A program made the position numbers and the translations under genes. The notes under the pieces are model-generated. The model had not been told where the DNA came from. It worked only from the letters and a program-made list of their open reading frames with translations, and searched no databases. Of a stretch of DNA of 64,000 bases, positions 38,320 to 46,613 are shown piece after piece. The stretch comes from Bdellovibrionales bacterium (lineage in GTDB: Bacteria; Bdellovibrionota; Bdellovibrionia; Bdellovibrionales; UBA1609). The DNA is taken from the NCBI GenBank assembly GCA_965199825.1, contig OZ241329.1, forward strand, positions 2,336,001-2,400,000, read 5' to 3'. The stretch's first letter is position 1, and the number at the start of each line of letters is the position of its first letter.

Positions 38320-39909
38320 ATGCGCATTGCTTTAGTACTCCCCTTGCTTCTCGTCGGTGTTTTGTTTGGCTACAATTCGTGTCAATCGGCGTTTCACGCC
38401 ATGGACATGTCATCCAGTGCAAGTTTGTGCGCAAAGCCGGTTCAGGCCAACCAGCGCTTTGCCCAAGCTAATCTCTCTCCCCTTCAAACAAAAAAAGTTT
38501 GGTTAAGTTCGCCAACTACAGCCAAGATGCGCGCTCAAAGTCAGGGGCTTACAGGTCTTACCGCTTTGATCGATGTGAGCTGTGTGCAAAATCGTAAAGT
38601 CAAAGCGCTTGCCGAAACGATTATTGGAACTTCGCAACTTCTAGGCTCCTTAGAACGCCAAGCCTTTCGTTTTTCGACACCGCTGAGCGAATCGGTTTTA
38701 ACCGCTCAAGCCAACGATGATGCCTGCATCATCGGAATCTCATTTGATCACGAGTACAAAAAAGCAAGTGTCAATTTGAATGACGCTGACTATAGTCAGC
38801 AGGCCCAACTCTTTTCGATGAATGCAGCTCAAGGCTATTCGCGTTTTTTTGATAGCACTTATGGAATATTGCCCGAAGGATCTGGCGCAAAAAACACCAT
38901 CGTCGCTGTGGTTGATTCAGGGGTTGATTATTCTCATCCCGATTTGAATTCAAACATTCTTCAGTTGAATCTTAGTGGAGGAAATGTGGGTTACGGCGTG
39001 GATGCCGCGACCATAGGATCAAATTTGGTAAACTATAATCCGATCGATGTTGATCCAGAAAGTCACGGCACTCATGTGTCGGGATTGGTCGCTGCAACAA
39101 CCGGAAATTCGATCGGAATTGTGGGTACTGCGCCGTCTCGCACACGTATTTTGGCAGTGCGGATATTTGATATCAACTCCTCAGGCGATACTGTTTCGAG
39201 TACAATCACCGCGGTCAATGGACTCGAGTTTGCGCGAGCAAACAATGCCGATGTGGTAAATTTAAGTATTGAGCAAAGCTATGCTGGGCCTTCAGCCACA
39301 AATCCTGATGCGGCCGGAGATGCCATTCTGCAAGATGAAATCCAAAAGCTGGTTTCTCAAGGAATAACTGTTGTGATGGCAATGGGAAATGCCACCGATA
39401 CGATTCCCGCGGGCGAAGTCGACGAAACGAGTTTAACCGTTGTGCCCGCCATTTATGCCAAGAATTCACCTGGAGTTATCGGTGTTGCAAGTGTGGACAC
39501 CAATTTAGTTAATGGTTTAACAATGCTGAGCTCATTTTCAAACTACGGTGTGAATTACGCAAAGATTGGATCTTATGGCGCCCAAAGCAGCCAAGGTTCG
39601 AACTTTGTGGGCGTGCTTTCAACCTTGCGTAATGGGACTTACGGAACTCTTGCCGGAACTTCAATGGCCACACCCGAGGTCTCGGCCGCGGTCTCTCTCG
39701 TTATTACTTTGATCCGAGATCGCACCGGCCACGCGCCGTCGCCCGCAGAGGTTGAACGCCTCCTGCTCCTCGGCAGTAAAAAGAACACGAATTTGGCAAG
39801 CGTGATCAAAGACGGAAATACATTGGATTTAGGTCTACTGTTTGATGCGGTCGCCAGAAATTATCCACAGACTGTTGATCCCGCTTATTTTGCAACACTC
39901 TGCCCATAA
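38320..39909 (+). CDS. Secreted S8 subtilisin-like serine protease
   Basis: VAVVDSGVD, HGTHVSG, GTSMATP triad motifs; YNSC signal. Confidence 0.95.
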   Translation: MRIALVLPLLLVGVLFGYNSCQSAFHAMDMSSSASLCAKPVQANQRFAQANLSPLQTKKVWLSSPTTAKMRAQSQGLTGLTALIDVSCVQNRKVKALAETIIGTSQLLGSLERQAFRFSTPLSESVLTAQANDDACIIGISFDHEYKKASVNLNDADYSQQAQLFSMNAAQGYSRFFDSTYGILPEGSGAKNTIVAVVDSGVDYSHPDLNSNILQLNLSGGNVGYGVDAATIGSNLVNYNPIDVDPESHGTHVSGLVAATTGNSIGIVGTAPSRTRILAVRIFDINSSGDTVSSTITAVNGLEFARANNADVVNLSIEQSYAGPSATNPDAAGDAILQDEIQKLVSQGITVVMAMGNATDTIPAGEVDETSLTVVPAIYAKNSPGVIGVASVDTNLVNGLTMLSSFSNYGVNYAKIGSYGAQSSQGSNFVGVLSTLRNGTYGTLAGTSMATPEVSAAVSLVITLIRDRTGHAPSPAEVERLLLLGSKKNTNLASVIKDGNTLDLGLLFDAVARNYPQTVDPAYFATLCP

Positions 39910-40299
39910 CTCAGAGGGCAGATATTTTCGACATCCAACTTTTAAACCAATGTAATTTGTAAACTCATTTTGAATCTGCTGAGCGATCTGAAGTCCAAAG
40001 ACCTCTAAAGTTATTCTGTTTTAACTGGTTCTTTCTTTACTCTTCAAAATCTGATCAAGTGTCGGGGCATTAACAAGCTCACCCAAAAATAAACCTCGGC
40101 TAAAAAATTAAAACCTGAGCCAAATTTAGAAAATCCCAAATCACCAAAAAAATACTGGTATTTTTTTGGTTGGTCCAGTCGGGCCTTTTATATATGAGGC
40201 CAGAGCTAAAATGAGCCCCGTGAGAGTGATAATAGATGCTTCATTCGTTAGCATGTTTATTGACTGCGCTTCAATGTTGATAAAAACTGGGAGGACTTT

Positions 40300-41130
40300 A
40301 TGCACATGATTTTTTTTCTCCTTTTTTCGGCCTTGAGCATTGCTGCAGATTTGCAGTCGATGTGCGCAGATCAAATGGCCTCGCTCAAAGGCTTAAAGCC
40401 CGACGGCGACTACAAAAAATTATGTGCCCAAGCCAAAACGGTTGATCCTTGCCAGTCTGAAAACGGCAGTCCGATTTATTTCTTTGATTATATTTCTCAA
40501 GAAAAAAACGCCAAACGCATTTTGGCTCTGTCGTTAATCCATGGAGATGAAGAGCAAAGTGGAACGGTCACTCGTGCATGGATCTCACGGCTGGCCAACA
40601 TTAGCCCGCGCAATTCGTGGCGGGTGATTCCAATCGCAAATCCCGATGGATTTAAAAAGAAAACCCGCACCAATTCTAACAAAGTAGATATCAATCGTAA
40701 TTTTCCAACAGATGATTGGGAAAAAACCGCGCTTTCAATTTGGCGGACCAAACTTCACTCAGACCCACGCCGATTTCCTGGGCCCACCTCGGCAAGCGAA
40801 AAAGAAACCAAATGTTTGATGCATCAGTTTGAGGATTTTAAACCTGACTTTATTATCTCGGTTCATACCCCATTGGGACTGCTTGATTTTGACGGCCCCA
40901 AAGTCGGCTCACCTGATTTTAATCCGTTACCCTGGATCTCGCTTGGAAACTATCCTGGATCGATTGGGCGTTACATGTGGCGTGATAAAAAAATTCCTGT
41001 TTTAACAATCGAGCTTAAAGGAAATACCGGCGTTCAACGCCTTGAGCATTTTGATATGCTCCAAGATATTGCAGGCACGGTAGCCATTCAGGCCCATCGT
41101 TTACTTGAATCAGGCCGCAAAAAAGATTAA
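40300..41130 (+). CDS. Exported M14 zinc carboxypeptidase (MpaA-like)
   Basis: Signal peptide; IHGDE, NPDG....TR.N...VDINRNFP, SVHTP, YPGS.G.Y, LTIEL. Confidence 0.85.
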   Translation: MHMIFFLLFSALSIAADLQSMCADQMASLKGLKPDGDYKKLCAQAKTVDPCQSENGSPIYFFDYISQEKNAKRILALSLIHGDEEQSGTVTRAWISRLANISPRNSWRVIPIANPDGFKKKTRTNSNKVDINRNFPTDDWEKTALSIWRTKLHSDPRRFPGPTSASEKETKCLMHQFEDFKPDFIISVHTPLGLLDFDGPKVGSPDFNPLPWISLGNYPGSIGRYMWRDKKIPVLTIELKGNTGVQRLEHFDMLQDIAGTVAIQAHRLLESGRKKD

Positions 41131-41141
41131 ATTTTATTTGT

Positions 41142-41534
41142 TTAGTTAAGGTCCCATACCTGAAAGCCGCGATTTAGGGCTTCGGGCAGGTCTTGTTTTA
41201 AAATTAAATAGCGGTTGGCGATTCCGGTTGAAAAATTACATGTGCTGGATCTTGGGAACTCGTCCGATTTTTTTTCGCTAGCAAAAACCCGAATGCCGTT
41301 AAGCTCTTTTTGCATCGTTAAGACTGTGACGCCATCATAGGTGCCGCAAAAAACTGAACCGTCATATTTGTAGATCCAAACTTTGTCTTGATCTAAATCT
41401 TGGGGTTTATCTTGAAAGGCTTCTTCTGGCGAAATCACACGCTCATTAGAGAAATCCTGATTTTGTCTCCGGCACTCATTACTTCCGCAGGAAATAAAAA
41501 AACATAAAAATGGAATTACAATTTTTCGTGCCAT
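41142..41534 (-). CDS. Hypothetical lipoprotein
   Basis: FISC lipobox; YKYDGS..C and C...TG.AN.Y.I pattern. Confidence 0.7.
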   Translation of the reverse strand: MARKIVIPFLCFFISCGSNECRRQNQDFSNERVISPEEAFQDKPQDLDQDKVWIYKYDGSVFCGTYDGVTVLTMQKELNGIRVFASEKKSDEFPRSSTCNFSTGIANRYLILKQDLPEALNRGFQVWDLN

Positions 41535-42670
41535 GAGAATTCTCGCCGTGTTGGAACTTTTGCCAATCGAAGCGCAAACAAGTTGGCTTCTGACGACATA
41601 AAATACACTTCATTTCGAGATTCATCCACAGCAAGCGACGAATTGACACCGCGACCTGGCGCAAAGTCAGTAACAAGATCCCCGTTGGCTAGATTAAGGG
41701 CTTTAAGATCTCCACTAAACTCACCAACCAAAAGCATATTTTTAAATAGCACCGGCCGAGTCGCAATATGTGCGGTGGGCTTACTCCACACCACAACTCC
41801 GGTGAGTTTTTCCACCGCCAAAACTTTTGAAGCTGATGTGGTGTAGTACAATCGCTTTCCTTCAATCACCGGAGTAGTAAAACCTCCATCATCGTGGCTC
41901 CAAATCACATGCCCGTTATGAGCGTCTAAAGAATAAAGCCCGCCATCATAGCTCGTCACATATAAATGATCGTCATCGATCACCACGCCGGCATCGACAT
42001 CGCGAAATCTCTTATTAATATTAATTGCGGTTTCCCACTCCAGCTGACCGTTTGAGCGATTGAGTGCGACCACATAACCATCACTAAACCCGAGGTAAAC
42101 AAATTTATCGGTCACGGTAGGCTTAGAGCCTCCACGAATCGAAAGTGCTGAGGTGTCTCTGCGGTTGTAGAGCCAAATTTGCTGACCCGATTCGGCATCC
42201 AGTGCAAAGGCCACATTGTTGCCCGCCAAAAAATAGATCACACCCTCATGGTACGTGGGCTCACTTAATCCCTCCGAATGAATTTCAAATTTCCATTTGA
42301 GTGATCCATCATCAGCATCAAGAGCATAAAAATAACCATCGTTTGCACCAAAATAAATCACACGATGAGCAAGCTGGGCCCCGCCTTCAACCCCGCCCTT
42401 TAAAGCTCGGCTCCAAATGACGTCGCCATTCACACGGGAAAGGCATTGAATGCCGTCGATCCCATTTCCTTGATACACGTATTTTTCGGTTAAGAGCGGA
42501 GTCATCCGGTGCAGACGACGCGAACCCACAAAAGGTTTAATAAGAGTACTTCGGACCCAGCGCTTTTCGAACAGGGGCTTTTCGCGCTCGGCTGAAGTTT
42601 GAAGAAGTGCACATCCGTTAAGAATGCTCAGACACAAAACATAAAATAGAGGTATTTTCACCCTCTTCAA
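41516..42670 (-). CDS. bamB: PQQ-like beta-propeller lipoprotein, BamB-like
   Basis: LNGC lipobox; repeated ALD...G...W blades; directly downstream of yfgM-like gene. Confidence 0.8.
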   Translation of the reverse strand: MKRVKIPLFYVLCLSILNGCALLQTSAEREKPLFEKRWVRSTLIKPFVGSRRLHRMTPLLTEKYVYQGNGIDGIQCLSRVNGDVIWSRALKGGVEGGAQLAHRVIYFGANDGYFYALDADDGSLKWKFEIHSEGLSEPTYHEGVIYFLAGNNVAFALDAESGQQIWLYNRRDTSALSIRGGSKPTVTDKFVYLGFSDGYVVALNRSNGQLEWETAININKRFRDVDAGVVIDDDHLYVTSYDGGLYSLDAHNGHVIWSHDDGGFTTPVIEGKRLYYTTSASKVLAVEKLTGVVVWSKPTAHIATRPVLFKNMLLVGEFSGDLKALNLANGDLVTDFAPGRGVNSSLAVDESRNEVYFMSSEANLFALRLAKVPTRREFSWHEKL

Positions 42671-43341
42671 GTGCCCTGAAGTTGGATCAAACGCAAATAA
42701 TTTTTGGCTTGGGCTGCAGCTTCGCTCTCGGCAAACTCAGTTGCAATCCGTGAGTAATAGGATTTGGCTTGATCCATCTGCCCCTGTTTTTGGGCACAAA
42801 GTCCCATGCGCAAAAGAATCTCACTCATCATAAACTGGGCTTCAGAAGTTGAAAGCAAACTTTGATAATGGGCTAGGGCTGCCGCAAAATTATTTTGGGC
42901 CGCGAGTAAATTTGCAATCTGCATCTGAGCCAAAATTACAAGAAGATCGCCAGATCGTTTTTTTTCCACCGCTTGCTCGAGAACATTTTGGGCTTCTGCC
43001 AATTTGTTTTCGCTCATCAGATAATCGGCCAAGCTCATCGCCGTACCCAACGCCGCTTTGGTCGTCTTATTTTTTATGATAACCGCTTTTAAATCCTCAA
43101 CCACAGGTTTGATTTCTTTATCGAAATCGGGCTTTTTATCATGCTGATCGCGCAGCTTATTCAGGCGATCTTCCACCGCAAATATCGCCTCGCGCGCTTT
43201 GATTTCCTGAGAATTGTCATACCAGTTGTAGGTAAAGTATCCGATACCTCCCACAAAACCGGCAATTAAAACTCCGGCGATCCACAGTTGATATTTTAAA
43301 ATTTCGGCGACAAAGCGTGAGGCAAAATCATTTTCTTCCAT
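42667..43341 (-). CDS. YfgM-like membrane-anchored TPR protein
   Basis: N-terminal TM then TPRs; yfgM-bamB synteny. Confidence 0.75.
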   Translation of the reverse strand: MEENDFASRFVAEILKYQLWIAGVLIAGFVGGIGYFTYNWYDNSQEIKAREAIFAVEDRLNKLRDQHDKKPDFDKEIKPVVEDLKAVIIKNKTTKAALGTAMSLADYLMSENKLAEAQNVLEQAVEKKRSGDLLVILAQMQIANLLAAQNNFAAALAHYQSLLSTSEAQFMMSEILLRMGLCAQKQGQMDQAKSYYSRIATEFAESEAAAQAKNYLRLIQLQGT

Positions 43342-43372
43342 TAAAAAACCTTAAAAGTGGTGGTTCACAAAG

Positions 43373-44491
43373 TCAACGTGAGCGATTGCGCATTTCTTTA
43401 AGAGTAGAAAAGGGTCGAGATGTTCGGCCTTGATAATGTTGGCGAAGAGATCCAATTTTGCTCAATCTTTTCTCTGCCAAGCGGTCGGCAGCGAGCTGGG
43501 TGCTAATGTTATCTTGTTTAGATATTCTAAATACATTTAAAAGATTATCAAAAACTTGGGCCGTTTTCTCGAATGCTCTGTCGGCCGAGTAACCTTCAAG
43601 TTCAACAAACACATTCATCAATCCACCCGCATTAATCACATAATCAGGCGCATAGAGAATTCCGATCTCACGCAGGTGATCGGCATGTCGAAATTCGGCG
43701 AGCTGATTATTGGCTCCACCCGCAACAACTTTACATTTCAATTGGGGCAAAGTTTTATCATTAATCACCGAGCCCATTGCACAGGGAGCAAAAATATCGC
43801 ATTCGGTTTTGATGATCGATTCGTGATCGGTCACTTGAACATTATATTTTTGCGAGATGTACGAGGCCTTTTCAGAATCAATATCGGCAACAATCAATTC
43901 CGCCCCTGCTTTGTGCAGATCATCCACTAAGTGCGAACCCACACTCCCCAATCCTTGCACCGCAATTCGCAAACCATGAAGATCGCTTGCGCCCAGTTTT
44001 TCAAGAGCTGCGGCCTTGATGCCCATCATCACTCCCCTAGCGGTATACGGTGAAGGATCACCTGATCCGCCAAAATTAGATGGAATTCCTGTGACAAAGG
44101 GGGTTTCCATAAAAATATATTCCATGTCACGCACTGTGGTGCCCACATCTTCGGCGGTGATATATTTGCCGCCCAAAGAATTAATAAAGGCACCAAACCC
44201 GCGAAAGAGGGCTTCCGATTTGTGTTTTTTTGGATCGCCCAAGATCACCGCTTTACCGCCACCAAGGTTGAGCCCTGCGGTTGCCGCTTTGTAGGTCATC
44301 CCTTTTGAAAGTCTTAAGACATCAACCAGTGCGTCTTGCTCATTGGCATAAGGCCACATCCGAAGTCCACCGAGTGCCGGTCCAAGTGTGGTGTTGTGGA
44401 TTGCGATGATCGCTTTAAGACCAATGTCTTTATTGTGACAATAAATAACTTCTTCGTGTCCGCCATGATTTTCGATCAATTCAAATGTCAT
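43373..44491 (-). CDS. ldh: Leucine dehydrogenase (Glu/Leu/Phe/Val family; probable start ATG 44491)
   Basis: IAIHNTTLGPALGG, LSKGMTYK, GGGKAVI, YITAEDVG, GGANNQL, YAPDYVINAGG. Confidence 0.93.
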   Translation of the reverse strand: MTFELIENHGGHEEVIYCHNKDIGLKAIIAIHNTTLGPALGGLRMWPYANEQDALVDVLRLSKGMTYKAATAGLNLGGGKAVILGDPKKHKSEALFRGFGAFINSLGGKYITAEDVGTTVRDMEYIFMETPFVTGIPSNFGGSGDPSPYTARGVMMGIKAAALEKLGASDLHGLRIAVQGLGSVGSHLVDDLHKAGAELIVADIDSEKASYISQKYNVQVTDHESIIKTECDIFAPCAMGSVINDKTLPQLKCKVVAGGANNQLAEFRHADHLREIGILYAPDYVINAGGLMNVFVELEGYSADRAFEKTAQVFDNLLNVFRISKQDNISTQLAADRLAEKRLSKIGSLRQHYQGRTSRPFSTLKEMRNRSR

Positions 44492-44537
44492 AGTTTTTCT
44501 CCAAAAGGCCAACGTAGACCAGGTGAGGTTCGCGACT

Positions 44538-45026
44538 TCAAGATTTAAATTTTAATGCGAAACACAAAATCAACAAAACGGTGTAAAGCGCAAATGCTAT
44601 TTTCCCGCGCTGGACCGATTTCTTGAGATGCTTCAATTCAGTTTCGAATTGATCACGCTGGATTTTGAAGTCTTCATTTAAATGAGTTTTTACCGGATTG
44701 GCCACGCTCATATTGTGATGTGGGTCAAAGACCGGGTACTTGTCGATCACGATCAAATACCACTGAAGCGCCTTATATATATGGGGTGGAATTTTAGACT
44801 CATCCTTCATCCAGCGCGTCCATGCCGAGGGATCAATCAACAAAATCTGACACATTTTTCTGCGACTGATTGAGAGTCGTTCGCGAACCGAATCCAGTGT
44901 GCCCATTTCCTTTCGTAAGACCCGAGCTTCAGCTTCATATTTTAATCTCAGCGAAGTTTTGAGCCGATTTTGGTTTGAATCTGCTTGTGAAGACTCGTCT
45001 TTGGTCGGAATGAAATCCATTTCCAT
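44538..45026 (-). CDS. HTH (XRE-like) protein with coiled coil and C-terminal membrane anchor
   Basis: LDSVRERLSISRRKMCQILLIDPSAWTRW HTH-like segment; C-terminal IAFALYTVLLILCFAL. Confidence 0.7.
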   Translation of the reverse strand: MEMDFIPTKDESSQADSNQNRLKTSLRLKYEAEARVLRKEMGTLDSVRERLSISRRKMCQILLIDPSAWTRWMKDESKIPPHIYKALQWYLIVIDKYPVFDPHHNMSVANPVKTHLNEDFKIQRDQFETELKHLKKSVQRGKIAFALYTVLLILCFALKFKS

Positions 45027-45037
45027 TCGTTATCCTC

Positions 45038-45092
45038 GTTGTGAAACACAATGTTGATGTTGTGATTCACTTTAAATCAAGTTGTGTAATAC
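45038..45092 (+). repeat. Three phased direct repeats GTTGTGWWWYAC
   Basis: GTTGTGAAACAC (45038), GTTGTGATTCAC (45059), GTTGTGTAATAC (45081); spacing 21 and 22 bp. Confidence 0.65.
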
Positions 45093-45183
45093 CATTGTTC
45101 ACATATTCGATTTTAAATTACAAATTTTTATATTTTTATGAAGTTTGACCCCTATGTGGACCTTGCCTAGTTTCGAAATCGAG

Positions 45184-45207
45184 TGTAACTTATATACATA
45201 AGTTACA
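45184..45207. repeat. Perfect inverted repeat, candidate recombinase or regulator site
   Basis: TGTAACTTAT-ATAC-ATAAGTTACA. Confidence 0.8.
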
Positions 45208-45347
45208 TAGCTAAGTATCTGAAATCACATAGGTTTAGGAAGGGTGCTTGTGATCTTTTAATATTGGTTACAGCTCTTGGGGGTCCAAACGCGATGTATA
45301 ACAACAAATTCTATTTAGTTAAAAATCACTCGTGAGGTTGATGCAAC

Positions 45348-45875
45348 ATGGCTAGAATTCAGCGCTACGCTTTAAATAAAAATAAGTATCTGCTCGAAAC
45401 CGAGCGCGAACGGCTCGAATATCTTCTCAAATCTCGGCTCATTTCTGATGCACGAAACTGCTCGCTTTTGCTCACGGGTCTTCATACAGGTGCCCGCGCA
45501 CTCGAAATTTTAAATCTGAAATGGGACGACTTAAATCTCAATGACGAAACTGTTTTTATCCGCGGAATTAAAAATTCCAATGATCGAGAAATTCCTTTAC
45601 CCCGTTGGTTTTTTCGCGATTTACAAAAGATAGAACGTCACAATGAAATGATCTTTCCGATCTCTTACAATCGGCTGCGACAGATCTGGCATCTTTATCG
45701 GCCGGTTCATAAAAAGTTTCATTGCCTCCGCCACACCTTTGCCATTCGCCTTTATCAAAAAACAAAAGACATTCGACTTGTTCAAGTGGCGCTGGGTCAC
45801 CGCAGTATTACCAACACCATGATCTATGCGGACTATATTTATTCGCGCGAGGAATTAAGAAAACTAATTCTTTAA
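45348..45875 (+). CDS. Small tyrosine recombinase (catalytic domain only, 175 aa)
   Basis: TGAR..E (R), GIKNS (K), HCLRH, LGH, T.IY; no N-terminal core-binding domain. Confidence 0.92.
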   Translation: MARIQRYALNKNKYLLETERERLEYLLKSRLISDARNCSLLLTGLHTGARALEILNLKWDDLNLNDETVFIRGIKNSNDREIPLPRWFFRDLQKIERHNEMIFPISYNRLRQIWHLYRPVHKKFHCLRHTFAIRLYQKTKDIRLVQVALGHRSITNTMIYADYIYSREELRKLIL

Positions 45876-45902
45876 AAACTTTTTCATCATGCTAGACTTT
45901 TT

Positions 45903-46613
45903 TTGGATCAACGAGGGGGACTACATTTGTTGCGCATTTTTTTAAAGCTGAGCATCTTGGGTTTTATCTTTAGCTCTTCGGCCTTTTCGGCCACACCTCA
46001 GATATTTTATGATTTACCAAAAGTGGCTGCGGTCCAAAACCGATCTTACTATCTCAATCACGAGTTTGCTCTGCAGCTTGGAACTCTTCCATCAGATGCC
46101 TTTAATAAGGGATATTTGCTAGGCGGAGTTTATACCTATTATTTTAGTGAATATCTCGGCTGGGAAGTGGCAAACGCCAATTATTCGGTCAATGCCGAAA
46201 CCAGCCTGAAGCGAGATCTGGTGGATAACTTTGGAGCTCAAGTTCAGAGCCAAGGATTTGGTGGAGTTCTTGATTACATCACTTACTTTGTAACAACAAA
46301 TTTAGTTTATACTCCTTTTTATACCAAGAGCTTGCTGTTTAATCGCAGTGTGATCCATGGGGAGCTTAGCTTTATTGCGGGTGCCGGTGCGGCCAATTTT
46401 AAAAATACCGGAATTAAACCCTTGGTCTCGCTGGGTGTAGGACTAAGATTTTTTACCTCCCCTTCGCACTCGATCAAACTTGATTTAAGAAACAATGTTT
46501 ACTTTGAAAGCTCGCTCGGTGCGGTCAATGCACTTTCAATCACCGCGGGCTATGCGTGGCAGTTAGGAAAACCACCTTTAAAACCACTCCAGATTGAAGG
46601 TGAAAATGAGTAG
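45903..46613 (+). CDS. GltA/GltB/GltH-like outer-membrane beta-barrel
   Basis: AVQNR.Y, LP.DAF.KG, Y.PFY.K..LFN..VIH, G.G.RFF. Confidence 0.75.
   Translation: MDQRGGLHLLRIFLKLSILGFIFSSSAFSATPQIFYDLPKVAAVQNRSYYLNHEFALQLGTLPSDAFNKGYLLGGVYTYYFSEYLGWEVANANYSVNAETSLKRDLVDNFGAQVQSQGFGGVLDYITYFVTTNLVYTPFYTKSLLFNRSVIHGELSFIAGAGAANFKNTGIKPLVSLGVGLRFFTSPSHSIKLDLRNNVYFESSLGAVNALSITAGYAWQLGKPPLKPLQIEGENE

Noticed and set aside
39910..40299. 390-bp gap with short broken minus-strand frames (including 40141-40374)
   Set aside because: No recognisable motif, structure or repeat; could be a decayed gene but unsupported
45026..45348. Chromosomal replication origin (repeats plus AT-rich tract, divergent genes)
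   Set aside because: No DnaA-box cluster or dnaA/dnaN/gidA context, and a dif-like site lies 7.5 kb away
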